The position numbers and the translations under genes are program-made. Below, in pieces: positions 11,125 through 23,978 of a stretch of 37,711 bases of DNA. Each line of letters begins with the position of its first letter. The first letter of the stretch is position 1. Origin of the DNA: Saprolegnia diclina VS20 (Eukaryota); the NCBI RefSeq assembly GCF_000281045.1, contig NW_008246180.1:18238-55948 (forward strand), read 5' to 3'. The notes under the pieces were generated by a model, which was not told where the DNA came from, made no database searches, and saw only the letters and a list, made by a program, of their open reading frames with translations.

Positions 11125-11560
11125 CGGCTTGTAGCAACTTTCGACTTGCCTCGCTTTGTCCACGTGGAGCAGGTAAAACCTTTTACATTCGATATATTGC
11201 ACTTGTATTTATACGGGTTTATCCGAAAGCGTCCGGATATCCTGCTATGGGTATTTTCGGCACGCCCATGCCGAAAATAACTTGGTCGATGGTCATGCAG
11301 GATGAACATGGAGCTTTCGGTCAACGACTGCACCTTCTGTGGACACTACATTTCGACGACCGTGACCAAAAATTAATGTTAGCGACACTCTCAAAGGCCC
11401 GAGTGATGAGTAAACGCGATCTCGGTGCTGCCAGCCACCATATTGCAGTCGAACGCTTGTCGATGTTGCAGTCTATTTCGAATGGCCCGTCTAACTGCAC
11501 CTAACCCGCGAGGTAGTGTAACGCCTTTAAGCTCGATCGACAGTACGTTTCTCGTGGTCG

Positions 11561-12520
11561 ATGGTCCGCCTTCGGTCGCTCGGTGCCATCAGCCTCATGC
11601 TCGTCGCTGCACAAGCCCTTTCTGCCAACATCAGCAGCACTCCTCAGTACATGGTGGAGACTTTGTCGTACGCAACGTCCTTGGAATCGACGAGCTCCTG
11701 CATCTTTGGCGCCATTCCATGCGCGGATGGATCGACCGCGTGCATCGACGCCGTCCCATTTACAGGCTGCGCGTTCGATGCGGTTCGCCCCATTCGCTTT
11801 GACGCGATCGTGCATGCCTTCTTTGACGTGCTCCAAGACTTGACCGACGACCACGTCTCCTTTGTCGTCAAGTACACTGACGACGCTATCACCACGGCAG
11901 CTACAGCCTTGGTCGACTGCGGCCGCGGCCTCGGTGCAGCGGCGCCGCGCTGCAGCACGCTCGCTACATTTGAGACGTGCGTCAACACGACATCAATGGC
12001 ACTCGCCAGCAAGATAGCGAGCCAAACTCTCACTAGCAATGAGCGCGACCGCATCCAGCGCGGCCTTGACAAGGTACCGACCGTCTTGAAACGGGTCGTC
12101 GACCAGTGCATGATCGGGTGTGACCACGACACGTGCACCGGGGCACCACTCGAGTATCAGGCACCCCGCGGATGCACGTGTAGAGTGCTCACCGTGGTTG
12201 GCGACGATGCCAAGCAGGTTCGAGTGACCACCGACCGCTGCGCCGCCAACGCGGCTCTCTATCGCGTCAACGAGAACGGCATCAAGGAAGTTGCGGGGAA
12301 GATTCCGCTGCCGTACATGGGCTGCTACGTGGGCATGGACGACAAGCCGTGGGACTGGAGCACGTGCGCACCCACGTACGCGTCGATCGAGCTCGCGAAG
12401 ACCCAGTTTGTGCGCTGCGTCGATCAGTTTGGTCACCGGCGCAGCCTCTCGCATAGCTCGCCAACGGTGGTGCTGCATCGCCTTGCACTCGTTGTTGCAG
12501 TGGTGATCCTAGTTGTCTAA
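11561..12520 (+). CDS. Secreted Cys-rich protein with C-terminal hydrophobic tail (possible GPI/TM anchor), 319 aa, family unknown
   Basis: Single ORF with signal peptide MVRLRSLGAISLMLVAAQALS, many cysteines conserved with the paralog at 13128, C-terminal LALVVAVVILVV. Confidence 0.85.
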   Translation: MVRLRSLGAISLMLVAAQALSANISSTPQYMVETLSYATSLESTSSCIFGAIPCADGSTACIDAVPFTGCAFDAVRPIRFDAIVHAFFDVLQDLTDDHVSFVVKYTDDAITTAATALVDCGRGLGAAAPRCSTLATFETCVNTTSMALASKIASQTLTSNERDRIQRGLDKVPTVLKRVVDQCMIGCDHDTCTGAPLEYQAPRGCTCRVLTVVGDDAKQVRVTTDRCAANAALYRVNENGIKEVAGKIPLPYMGCYVGMDDKPWDWSTCAPTYASIELAKTQFVRCVDQFGHRRSLSHSSPTVVLHRLALVVAVVILVV

Positions 12521-13127
12521 GTGCTACAAACGGCATCTTGTGCTCGAGAATTTACCTACTGCACGTCACAAAGAATGTTCCGGCGTGCGGTTGTATAATG
12601 CGTCCTCGCAAGTTTGGGGTTTCTTGACAGATTGCTTGTGTGAAGGTCGAACATTTTGGCTCGCGCCATGTCTCATGGCCCTCTATTGCATCATCCCCAA
12701 CGCAAACGTCAACTTCCAGAACAGGAACCTAAATCTGGATATCTGGCACCTCCAAGTATTCGAAGATCTGGCCTCGATCCAGAGGGTGGTTGCGCCAGCG
12801 TATGACCGAGGGTAGTGACCTCGGCAGCGACAAAGCCACATGTCAAGCTATTGGCCGACTAGTTTGGACCATGGTAGACCGACCAGCCATTTCGACCTGA
12901 ACGCCAGTTGAAATAGAGCGATGGTGGACCTAACCACCAGCTTGTTGGCGGTCAAAAATAGCGAATGCATGGCTGTCGCGGACCCGCTAGCCAACCATGC
13001 TCAAGTATAACCAAAGGTATGGAAAGGCGGCTGTTGTTCCCGCACCGAGTTCAACGACTCAACGTGGATAGGATGCCGCCATCTTGAATTCAAAGAGTTC
13101 ATGCAACAGCACACTTTGCATTTGCTC

Positions 13128-14263
13128 ATGGTCGTCGGCCGCCCCCGTCACTTTCTCCTTGGCCTCGCGGCCTCGCTGCCATACGTGCTTGCGGAAAAGA
13201 CCAGCAACAGCAGCCTGCCGGTCGGCACAAACCCGGCGCCGTACAGCGCACAGCGTTCGTTGGCGACCGGCTGCTTCTTTGGCTCGTTCACTTGCCCCAA
13301 TGGCGCCACCGCGTGCATCGACCCGATAGAGTTTGCCGGGTGTGCGTTCGATACGGTCACCCCCCTCAGCATCGACGGGATCGCACCCGACTTTTTCGGC
13401 TTGATGAAAGACTTTACGGACGGCACGAGCAACTTTATTGTGGACTTCGCCGACCAAATGCTCAACGACGCGATCCAAGATCTGATCGAGTGCGGCAACT
13501 TTCTGAGCGGCAACCGACCGACCTGCTCGACGCTCGCATCACTACGTTCGTGCGTCAACACGGCGTCCCTTGCAGTTTCCAAGGCCAAGTCGGGGCCAAG
13601 GGGTTGACGGCGACCGACGTCAGGCGTATCGAAAACGGGCTCGCCAAAGCAAAGGACGTGGCCAGCGGCGTCACCCAAGAGTGCAAGACCGGGTGTACAC
13701 AGGGCGAGTGCAGTGGCGACGCGTTGACGTACACTGAGCCGACTGGCTGCACGTGCCAGTCGCTCATGCTCAACACCAGCGACCCGCAATTGTTTACGGT
13801 GACCGCGCCCGAGTGCGCCATCAACGCCGGCCTTTTTCTCGCCAACGCCAAGGGCGCCTTGGAGCTCACGATGAAAATTCAATTCTCGTACATGGGCTGC
13901 TTTGTTGGCACCAAGGACGCGCCGTCCGAGTGGCGCAGGTGCACGAACGCCTATGCGTACGACGACTTACCGGGGGCGATGTTTGTCCGCTGCGTCGACC
14001 AGTCGAATCGAGAAGGCGACCTGACGAGAACGACCCAAGGCAACCCGTCGTCGTCGTCGTCGTCGTCGTCCAAGGCTGGATGGATGTCGTTGTTGCCCGT
14101 CGCAATGATCGGCGGGTACTTGTACCTCAGAAACCAGAAAAAGAATGCGCAACCACCAACCACGACCCCCGACCCTGCCAAGCCCAGTGTTAGCGCGGCC
14201 CCCCAAGTCAAAGCCGCCGTTGAAATTAGTCTCGACACGGAGATCGTGTGCGAGATAGATTAG
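13128..14263 (+). pseudogene. Tandem paralog of 11561-12520 with a frameshift near 13575-13585 (pseudogene or sequence error); C-terminal TM segment and cytoplasmic tail
   Basis: First half in ORF 13101-13607 (CFFGSFTCPNGATACIDPIEFAGCAFD vs CIFGAIPCADGSTACIDAVPFTGCAFD), second half in the frame of ORF 13292-14263 (YMGCFVG, FVRCVDQ); collinearity leaves no room for an intron. Confidence 0.75.
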
Positions 14264-14592
14264 CCCTGAGATTAGCCCATGCTTGCAAGGATCTCGTAGG
14301 ATAGCTAGGGTTCCTCACTCAAATAACATCCATCCAACTCGTCTTTGGGTTAAATCGGTCTACTCGCACGCCCGCGGGGTCCGCCCGTTCAACACCCTTA
14401 CCACCTCCCAGAGTCCAGTTGATGCAGATTCGTTGTATCGATGAAGAAAGCTTTTGTGGTGTCACCGAGTCAAGCATGGCGGGGTTGAGGGTGGGTTGCC
14501 ATTCAAAGTGGCATCTGCCATATTTAATATTAAAATCGGCATTTGCCGTATTCTAGCCGCCAGCTGGCAGTGTAGCAACTTCATCGATCCGC

Positions 14593-15651
14593 ATGGCACG
14601 GTCCGCCGAGGACGACGTGCGCCTCGGCAGGAAGAAGATCCTGTACACGCGCGTCTGGTGGCTTCTCTTCCACGTTGGCGACTACGTCTGGCTCGTCTAC
14701 AGCGGGACGTGGGCGGCGTACTTTGCCCGGCCAAGCGGCTACGACATGGCCGGCGCCGCCACCGTCATTGCGATCGCCGTCGCCAGCTTTGCCGCGTACG
14801 TGCGCCTGCAGTGCTCGTCGCCCGGCGTTGTCCCGCTCGCGCCGGCCGCCGATCCTCTCGAGACGTACGACACGGATGTGCTCCTCTTAGAGCACGGCCT
14901 CGAGTCGCCGGTCGTTGATGCTGCCAGTGGCATGGAGCTGCATTACTGCCGGCGCTGCCGCGTGCACCAGCCTCTCCGCGCCAAGCACTGGTGCGTCTTT
15001 CCATCTCGAACATGCATATTGGAGGCTCACACGTGATAGCAAGGACTGCGGGCGCTGCGTCGAACAGTACGACCACCAGTACATCCTCCTCCATCGTCGT
15101 TCGATAGTCCGATCTCATGACGTTGTGTGTAGCTGCGTCTGCGCTGGCGTCTGCGTCGGCCGGGACAACCACCGCATCTTTGTCATGTACGTCGTCCTGC
15201 AGCTGCTCGAGGCCATCTGTGCCATGGACATTGCGGTCTATGGCTTTTCGATGCAGGAGAGCATCCAAGCCTGGTTCGTCGTCAACCTCCCGTACATTGT
15301 TGTCTACGGCTGCAGCCTCTTCACGCTGCTCATGGCGATCCCGCTGACCTGCTACCACATCTACCTCGTGCTTACCAACCAGGTTGGACGGAATCCCAAT
15401 CATGTGTCTCATGGCACACGTAGACGTCGTGGGAACACGCCCGGCGACGCCAGATCACATACCTGCGCGACCTCCCAGGCGACAGCTCACCCTTCTCGCT
15501 CGGGTACACCACCAACTGCATCCGGTTCCTCGTAGCCGGCGAGCGGAATACGTGGTCGGGTCCGACGGCCGCCGACCTCAACGTCGACAGCGACGACGAC
15601 GACGACGATAGCAACACGTCCAAGGCAAGCACCGCCGAGCGCAGTGCGTAG
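14593..15651 (+). CDS. DHHC-type protein S-palmitoyltransferase, multi-exon
   Basis: Splicing 14593-14990, 15040-15078 and 15133 onward gives HYCRRCRVHQPLRAKHCKDCGRCVEQYDHHCVCAGVCVGRDNHRIF; four TM segments, TNQT(S)WE and SPF motifs; stop TAG 15649-15651. Confidence 0.92.
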
Positions 15652-15702
15652 ACGAGCCGACAGCGACTACCGTGCAGTAATATATACATCTAGTTCGTGG
15701 AC

Positions 15703-17483
15703 TTAGGTCTTGGACGAGACTGCAATGCCCTCAAACATCTCGCCGACCTACACATATTCTGATCGACTCGATAGATTGAAACAAATGTACCATTTGCATC
15801 GTATTGGGCAGCGTCGAAGCCGTCGCGACACCGTTCAGCGGCGACGACGGCGCCTGCAGCGACGACGTCGGGCTCATCGCATCATAAAAGTCGTCCGACA
15901 CGGCGCTGTCGCTCGGACCCGGTTTGTTGAGCACCGGTACCTCGGCATCCTGCACCTCGGTTGGCGGCAGTTCGGGTTCCGTCGTCGGTGTCGGTGCCAG
16001 CGCAAAGCCATCGTCGGGTAGCTCGACCGGTTGCAAGCTCGCGTACTTGCCAATGACACCGACGCCGAGGATCTTCTCATGGATGAAGTCGCCGATCGCC
16101 TATCCGGATAGGATTGGATGGATAGGACTCCAAGAAGAAGATGAAGCTACGTACGACCGAGTTTTGCATGAGCAGCTTGGTGCACTTGGTGCCATTGTTC
16201 ATCTGCAGCTGGCGGATCGCGGCTTCAAAGCTCATACCGGCGATCACCACGTCGTTGACGGCAACAATGTGATTCTCGGGCAGCACGTCGATCCAGTCAA
16301 TGTCGTCGGGTGACCCTTGCACTACATGGAGGATCGTACCAGATTCTAGAATCTAGACTTGTGCAAATGCGTACCGAGACCAATGCGCTTGAGCGCGATG
16401 GTGGGCTGATCGAAAAACTCATACTCGGTGACGCTCTCAACTTCGACGACGCGGTCGTAGAGGTACAGCTCGTATTGGAAGACTTCGCCGACCGACGTTT
16501 GCACGGACGCGGTGCAGCCGCTGGCGACGACGACGCGCGAGATCGCGTTGATATCTATCGATGTATCAACTTGATACGAATGTGTCGACACGAAGTAGAA
16601 TACCGCATTTGACGTAGACGAAGCGGTAAATGCATGGAGGCGACCCGTAGTCGCACTTGAAGGCCACTTGGCCGCTGGTCCCGGGTGGCACGAGCTGCGT
16701 GGGCCCAACGTCGATGTTTTGGTCGCCTTCTTCGTTGTAGATGAGCAGCTGGACATAGTCCTTTGGCGAATGGTTGTCGGGAATGTCAAACTCGACTGTG
16801 CGAGATGTGAGACGCTGGATCGAGCATGCAGATTCAGTGTCGTACCCGTGACGACAGAACCCTTCTCGAGGTGGGCGCCGAGGCGGATCTCGGCGATACC
16901 GCTCGAGCGCAGACTCAAGAGACTCATCTTGTACGAGGTTGGTTCGGTGACGCGAGTGAGGACAGCGTGGAGGTCTTCGGCGTGCTGGATCGAGTCGGGG
17001 TAGCCATTGTGCAGCAAAAAGTCCTAGTACAACTCGTGGACCTCGTCGCCAATAGCGTTCTCGTACCTGGGGAAGGAGGCCGAGGGCGTCGCGCGTGGGC
17101 ATCGCGCCGAGCTGCAGCAGGTACACGATCGCCACGTCGTTCTGCGCTTGGCACGCGTGGTGCAAGGCCGTCCAGCCCTTCTCATCGCGGTGGTCGAGGT
17201 TCGCCTCTTTCGCCACGAGCATCTTGATCATCTCGAGCACGATCTGCTTCTTCTCGTGCTGCACCGAGTGGGTGGCGGCCTTGATCGCGTCCGACTCGAG
17301 CGCCTGTGGCGTCGGGCTCGGGCTCTTGACCTCCGGGTCGCTCCCAGCCGCGACGAGGAGCGCGGTCCGCCCATACTCGTCGGCCTTCTCGACGTCGGCC
17401 ATCTCGGAGGACGCGAGCAGCGACGCGAGGCCGTCGAGGTCGCCCGTCCGGCAGGACTCGTGCAAGGACGCGTTGTTGCCCAT
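15703..17483 (-). CDS. Ankyrin-repeat protein with Ig/SKICH-like domain and PDZ-like domain, N-myristoylation-like start, multi-exon
   Basis: MGNNAS start; GRTALLVAA and GWTALHHAC ankyrin repeats; VEFDIP..HSPKDYVQL..SGQVAF..YRFVY beta domain; IVAVNDVVIAGMSFEAAIRQL PDZ-like; Pro/Thr-rich tail; GT-AG introns; stop TAA 15705-15703. Confidence 0.8.
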
Positions 17484-18073
17484 CTTCCCGTGGTCGGAAA
17501 TCTTCGAAAATGGCATGTCGGGGATCGATGGCCAACATATTAATATTCCACAATTCATCTTCTAATCACTTGACGTTGTATTGAAAGAGGCGGGATCGCG
17601 TCTTATTAATATTACGAACGCAGGAAATTCGTGCATTTCAACCAATCAGCGGCTAGTTGAAGTCGCGTCCATGCTGATGCAGAAAGGCGATCCACATTTC
17701 GCACGCTCGACGCTGCGAACGTCGACGCGCCGACCACCGTGTCCACGCGCGTCCACGTTCACGCGCCAACTATGCATCGATAAAGATCAGACAACCTGTC
17801 TTCAATTGCAAGGAGCGAGCTCGGACACGCGTCGTCGTCACGCTAGCACCTTGCTCAACCTCGATGCCATCCACCCCAAAGGGTCCACCGCGCAGCGTCC
17901 GACCATTCCGCCCGAGCAGACACGGAACCGGAGCGCACCACCAAGCGCTGGCACGACCAAGGACATCAACTTGAATGTACTTTATGTCCTTGGGACGACC
18001 ATAGCATGGCCAAAATGGCGCCTCGAGCGTTACGGCGAGCGCGCCATGATGGAGGTTGTAGTCGATTAGGTAC

Positions 18074-19231
18074 ATGAGTCAACGCAGCGTCTCGGCGACG
18101 ACAGAGCGGGAGTACCGCGAGCTGCTCGCAAAGGTCGAGGCGCAAAAAGCAGCAAGTAAGAAGGCGTCCGAGGCGCTCACGGAGCAGTCGGCCCTCACAA
18201 CGCTCGTGACCGAGCTCGAGTGGCTCAAGAAGCGCAAGGCACGCGCCCACGTACGCGTTCAAAAGCGCTGCGACCACCTCAAAGTCTGTCCATGTCTCTT
18301 ATTCAGAGTCCCTTACACTGTTGCTGTAGCATCTCCGCCTCTGGTTTGACTCGTACGATGTCGACAAGTCGGGGGGCATCTCGGTGCAGGAGCTCATTTG
18401 GCCAATGCTCGTCCTCGGCTTTGCCAACACCCTCGCCGAGGTACACTTGACTAGAATTGCATGCGATTAGAATGGGCTCTAGGTCAAGGCGCTTCTTGTC
18501 GCCGCCGACAGCGACGGCGACGGTCAAATTGGCTTTGACGACTTTGTCGAGCTCATGAACGCTCACGACACCAACGGAAAAGACAGCGTCCACCCGCTCG
18601 AGAAGCTTGTGCAGCTCGTCGAGACAGGCCAGCTCGGGGTACCGCACCCCTACCTCGCCTCTGTTGAAACATTGACAAATCCTTGAGGTTTAGGACCGCA
18701 GTCTCTCGCTCCAGACGCTCTTGCCGTCGTACCAGCGGCAGCTCATGCTCTCGGCGCTCATGTCGTACGGGGACGTCGCGACGACGCGGGCGGAAGTGGT
18801 CGCTCGTGAGGCGAACGAGGCTATGCTCAAACGAGCGACGATCGCGCTTGGTGCGTCCAAAGACCTTGGTCGTGTCCTGCCACTCCAACTGCCCCAGCCA
18901 CTGCCGCGCAAGAAGGCGTCCGTGGTCATTCCCAACCTCTCGGGGACTTCGGTAGCTTTGTGCGGTTGATTTTATGGACAAAAGAGGTCCAGATTAGGTG
19001 CTCAACCCGGTCGTCGTGCAGCGCCGGCTTGTCTACGAGAGCAAGAAGGAGCGCCGTGCCCACGCGTCGGAAGCCAACACGATGCATCTTTTTCTCGGTA
19101 TATCCATATTCATATTGTCCTTCCGGATAGCATCGTTAGGGTATTTGTTAGAAAATATGTTGGAAACCGGCCCGGCTTCCGCAGGTCGGCGGTCGAATGG
19201 CAACGCCTCGATCAAGTATTCTGCTCGCTAA
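18074..19231 (+). CDS. EF-hand calcium-binding protein, multi-exon (5' end uncertain; may extend to ~17671)
   Basis: Spliced exons give WFDSYDVDKSGGISVQEL and ADSDGDGQIGFDDFVELM, two canonical EF-hand loops. Confidence 0.8.
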
Positions 19232-19292
19232 CGTAGTACGAGTTGTCATTTCAGTCGTCGCCACAGTCGTATATTTGTGGATGGGGATAGAG

Positions 19293-21399
19293 TTAAATAG
19301 TATAGCCGTCGCCCGACGTGGGGACGCGGTGGTAGGTTAGGTCGAGCGCCATCAATGGCGTCTCGGTCTCGCTCAAGCAGCTCTGGCGCTTCTCGGCCGT
19401 CATGGTCACATAGTCTGCGCCCAGTGTCACGGTAGTCGACGTCAGACTCCACTCAAACTGGAGCCTTGTCGGCGTCGTCGCTGTCATCTGCACGCGCGCG
19501 ATGTAGGCTGTCGACGACTGCTGCAGCGGCCAGGCGTAAAACGTGAGGCAAATGACGCCCGGCGACCGCACGCGACCAATGTAATCGCCGTGGAGCCAGG
19601 ACGCACTCCACTCGCGCAAGGTGTTGGCACCGTTAGGAAAGACGCGCGCGACGCGGAGGCGGTCGTCCAGCGTGTACGTCGACCAGATGGTCGAGTGAAT
19701 CGCGAGGTCGGAGCGCACCTACATCCGCCTCGTCACGACAACGCGTCATCACAATCTCAGAACGTACGTGCAAGACGTTGTGGGCATCAAGGTACTGTCG
19801 AAAGCAGTACGCCATCGTGACCCACTGGAGCATTGGCAGCACGGGTGCGGGGACGCCGGGGTGGTGCGGCGGCAAGATCGCGCAGAGCCAGCGCCCGTCG
19901 AACGGCGACAATTGCTGGTGCAGCGGCCACACTTCCTGGGGCTGCGCTTTGGCCTACACGGTTTTTGTAGGAATTTGACAATATAGATAGGGGTTGGGGT
20001 CCACCATGTAGAGCTCGCGCAGCTGCGCGACAAATGGCTCAAACAAGGACGGAGACGGCGTGCTTTGGAGGTGTGGCGCGATCGATACGACGTCGCGCAC
20101 GAGCTGCGTATACGAGTCGTAGCGCGACGATGTTTGCAGCCACTGGTCTATATAAGCCGCGACAAGCCTCTTCCATGCCTCGTACAAGGTCGTGAGCCGG
20201 TCTCTGTCCAAGAGGCAGTCGGCGTCGTAGAGACAGAGCGCTTGGAGTTGCTGGACGAGGTTCGGGTCGAGCAACGACGTCGCGACGCCGAGGCACGTAG
20301 CTTCCAACGTCGTGACAAGGAGCGATGCCCGGTCGACTAGCGTGTACCGTCACACCTCATTTTGAATGCCGACGATCGTACCAGCCAACGGCAGAATGCG
20401 CGCATGTTCGGTCAGATATGCTTCGGTCAACGGCATATGAAGGCGCGCAAAGAGCGGCTTGAGCAGCCGCGACTGCACATGGCGGCTCGCGATGGCGCCG
20501 CCGACACCAGGCGGTAGCGCGCTCACAAACGCCAGAATGATACCCAACGAGACGTCAAATGAAGTTGAAGCAGGTGGCGACGGCGGCCGGGGCATTTGCC
20601 GGATGGCGAAGGCAGGTGATCGGGCGGACGCAACGACTTGGAGAACCGTGTCGGGGCCTTGCTGGCATCGGACAAAGAGATACGCCTAGCACACGCCGAT
20701 ACCGTCGCCTCGAAAAACAAAAAAGGTGTTAAAGGTGTGTACCGTCAACGTCGCCGCAGGCCACACTTGCGACCACGAGAACGACCAATCTTGCGTCAGC
20801 GGCACGTACGTACAATGCGCGAGCCCGGTAGCCTAGTCCATATAGTGTCCAAGTTCAAAAGTATACGAGAATATTCTACCTGGTCGAAAATATACTCTTG
20901 GCTTGGCAGCCACGTGCCAGTCGGATGGCTCGTCGACTGCACGTCGTCGACTATGCAGGCGCAGGGCACTTGGTCCCCGATTTGGAGCGCGTTCAGCTCG
21001 GTCTCTGCGGGTTCAAACCGAAGGAAGACCACGTGCTGCGCGACGTCGGCTGGCGTGACATTGGCGAGTGCAAACTCGACTGCGAGCGCACCACGCGGCG
21101 TCTGCGTCGGGCACTGGTGCGGGAACGATCTACAAGCTTGTGTCAAATTCAACTGCCGCGATATCTGAGTGTACGGGAGGACCTAATCCAAGGCACAGGT
21201 GAGTGAGTCGTCGATACCAACGTGCAGCGGAGAGCGTACGATTGGTCGGGGCGGCAGCGATAGCGGAAGCCGCCTACACCGTGTGTAACTTCTCGAGTCT
21301 GGCAGTCGTCGTTGCCTACGTGGGCGTATCGTAGCCGCCTTCAAACGGCGTCGCCCGAGGGCAGACGCACGAGGGCATGTAGAATTGCAGCGAGGACAT
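19293..21399 (-). CDS. Multi-exon hypothetical protein of unknown function
   Basis: ORF pieces (MSSLQFYMPSCVC..., NLTQACRSFPHQC..., WSFSWSQVWP, LQVVASARSPAFAIR, YTLDDRLRVARVFPNG...GDYIG) joined by GT-AG introns of typical size with coding-like codon use; start exon less certain. Confidence 0.7.
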
Positions 21400-22207
21400 C
21401 GCGCGGTGTCGCTGTCGCCGGCTTGTGATGTGATGATACCCAAGGTGAAGCGGTGGTGGTACCTGCGCGTTCCGGAGCAGAAGGAATAGTGCGATGACCA
21501 GTCACGGAAATGACACGCGCGCGCTTCGCACCATCTGGATCTTGCAAGTTGCACTTGGTCCTGTCATATTCGGGACCTGTCTTGAATTTTAAAAAAGCGA
21601 CTCGAAGCCAACCGAGACAGCGCCGAGTCATCACGAAACTTGGCCGAAGACGGCGACCACGACGACAACGTTGGTCCTGCGGCAGGTACTTGAGAGCTAC
21701 TCGTAGCGTGCCCTGATGACGGTACAATAGAAGGAAGGATTCGCTACTCACACGCCAAGCAGGAAGCGGCAGTTCTTTTCGCTGTCTCTCAGCGCCGAGC
21801 GCCGCAGAGGCGGCCTGCGATGGCGTCATCGGCGCTGGCCGTTGGACTGCACTTGTCCACCTGCCGCCATCTCTACCGCTTCTGCGTTTACAAATCGGTG
21901 GCTGGAATATGCAAATAACGTAGTTGGTAGTGCTGGTTCCTGTCAGAAGTGGGGGCGTATGGGGAGTCTCTGAGAACAAGGCAAATCGGCGATCGCACAT
22001 GGCGCACGTAGACAGACGCTGTGTGCATGGGTTGCTTCAGAACGCTCCATTTTGGTTGCATCTCGGCGTGGCACCCGGCGCTCGATTCGACCCTTCGCGA
22101 TGCCTATCGACTGCCCCGGCGACGAAAAAGGGGCCGTGCCAGCACCCCTTTTTCGGAAGACAAGCGGTAGAAATGCGTCATATTGCCTTTTTCTTTGGTC
22201 GGCGGCG

Positions 22208-22854
22208 ATGGCATCCATGACACCCTTACCACGCGCGCTCTCATTGCCTCTTGTCGCAGCGGTCGCTGGCGCGTGGTACTATGCGCATCCGCCGAGCGTG
22301 CAGTGGGCCGCCGTCTTTGCGGCCGCGGGCTTCTCGTGCATCGAGTTCTCATGGTATGCGACAACGACTGAGGCGCCCAACGGCGACCTTTCGTTCACGC
22401 CGTTCGCGTCGACTTGCCGCCCGGGGCACACGACGTGGGCCCAGTTCTGGGTACTACGATCTGAAGTATAAACAACCGCTTGACCGTAGTGTAGGCCAAC
22501 GTACTGTACACGCCGCTGCTCCTTTTCACATACCGCACATGGCTGCCGTCGGCCGTTCTGCGCGTCGTCCTCTTCCCGCTCAACATTTGGCTCCTCGAAA
22601 TCATCGAGGGCTACGGGCTCATGCTCCTCTTTGGCCGCAACATTGCGTGGACGTACAACACGCGCGATGCGTACTTCCACAACAACATTCGCACGGGGTT
22701 TGCGCCGCTCTGGTTCCTGCTCGGTCTCGCGCTCGAGGTTATTGGCTACACGCTCGTCGATGGGCTTGGCGAGGCGGCGGCGCAAGCGTTGCCCATCGAG
22801 GTCGCGGTCGCGGGCGCCGGTCTCCTCCATGCGACGCGGTACTACCACGGCTAA
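22208..22854 (+). CDS. TMEM229/CmpB-like membrane protein, two exons
   Basis: Intron 22451-22494; GHTTWAQF, IWLLEIIEGYGL, AWTY, FHNNIRTGFAPLW follow the TMEM229 pattern G.TS.W, WE...G..L, PWDY, F.G.I.L.YA..W. Confidence 0.72.
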
Positions 22855-23978
22855 GATCCCTGCGTCCCACGCCGCTAGTCAGAGCGTCGTGATCGAATAA
22901 GATGACTACACGGATGTCGAACTACTAATAACGCCGAGTATAATCGTTCGGGTGGTCCTCAGATGTCAACGGCGTCCAGATGTCGAGTGGAAGTCGTGTC
23001 GCAGTACCGACTACGCGCTCATTGATGGATGTGAAAGTCTCTCAGATTGGCGCAGAGGTGCGGTAAGACCGGCTGTGGCTCCTTGACAAGTCAAATTATG
23101 CAATGACAGCTTCAATTACGGTAAGACGGATAAGAGGCTCGATTTGGACACCTCTTCGACAACGACCGCCTTGCCGTGGATGCTTGTGTAACCATGACTC
23201 GTCATCGTACCTGCAGTATTAGCATTGTCCGACCGTCGTCTCTGGACGCGACCCCGTCGCAGGTCTTGAAGGCTGCCACATGGGATCGAACCGTCGACCG
23301 ATTGGAATGATTCGTCTTCAAGGATCGCATTTGCGAAGGCCGGACGCTGGTTGAGAAGCGCGCGTCTCTGCACCGTCGTCGAAGGTGGTACGTTTGGTCA
23401 AAAGCTATTGACGACGTCGATGCTATTTGTTGTTGGTGTCGAGAGGCAGTGCGCTGGGATAGACTATCGAATCATAAAACGCCTGGTACGTTGTGTAATA
23501 GGGTACGAGGACACTTGCCAATTCGTCCTTTGCCGATGACTAGGGACAAATCAATAACGTCAACAGCAGCGTCAACTGATGGCGTCAACCAAGCGCCCGA
23601 GCTGCGCTTGCGCAACCACCTCGCTTTCTGATTCGAGCGTCGCTCGACATTGACGGTGGGATGCAGCCATCTCTATACCCTCGTCGTCTTGTCAGTAGAG
23701 CACTATGCTACCATTGTACACTTTTCCAGTCCGTTGCGGAAGGAAGGGATGTTGAGAAATCGGCCCCGATTCCTCAAATCTGCCAGCTCCAATCTATTTG
23801 GCCAATGCGCACACGACCAGGATAATCACAAGCGCGGATTGGTGGAATAATAGCCAATCAAATCGCTTGTTGAGTTTGAAATTCCATTCTTGGGCGAATC
23901 ACGGACCGCCACTGATGATGATGGTGCTCAACTTCAAGGTGCCACCATCTTCAGCGCGTCGAAGTCGGAACCATGCCC

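Noticed and set aside
14257..14278. Short direct repeat AGATTAGCCC at the stop codon of the second Cys-rich gene
   Set aside because: 10-bp local duplication with no associated element
14593..17483. DHHC palmitoyltransferase convergent with a putatively myristoylated protein as an enzyme-substrate pair
   Set aside because: Adjacency alone is not evidence in a gene-dense eukaryotic genome
23116..23373. Minus-strand 85-aa ORF in intergenic DNA
   Set aside because: No recognisable motif or spliceable gene model
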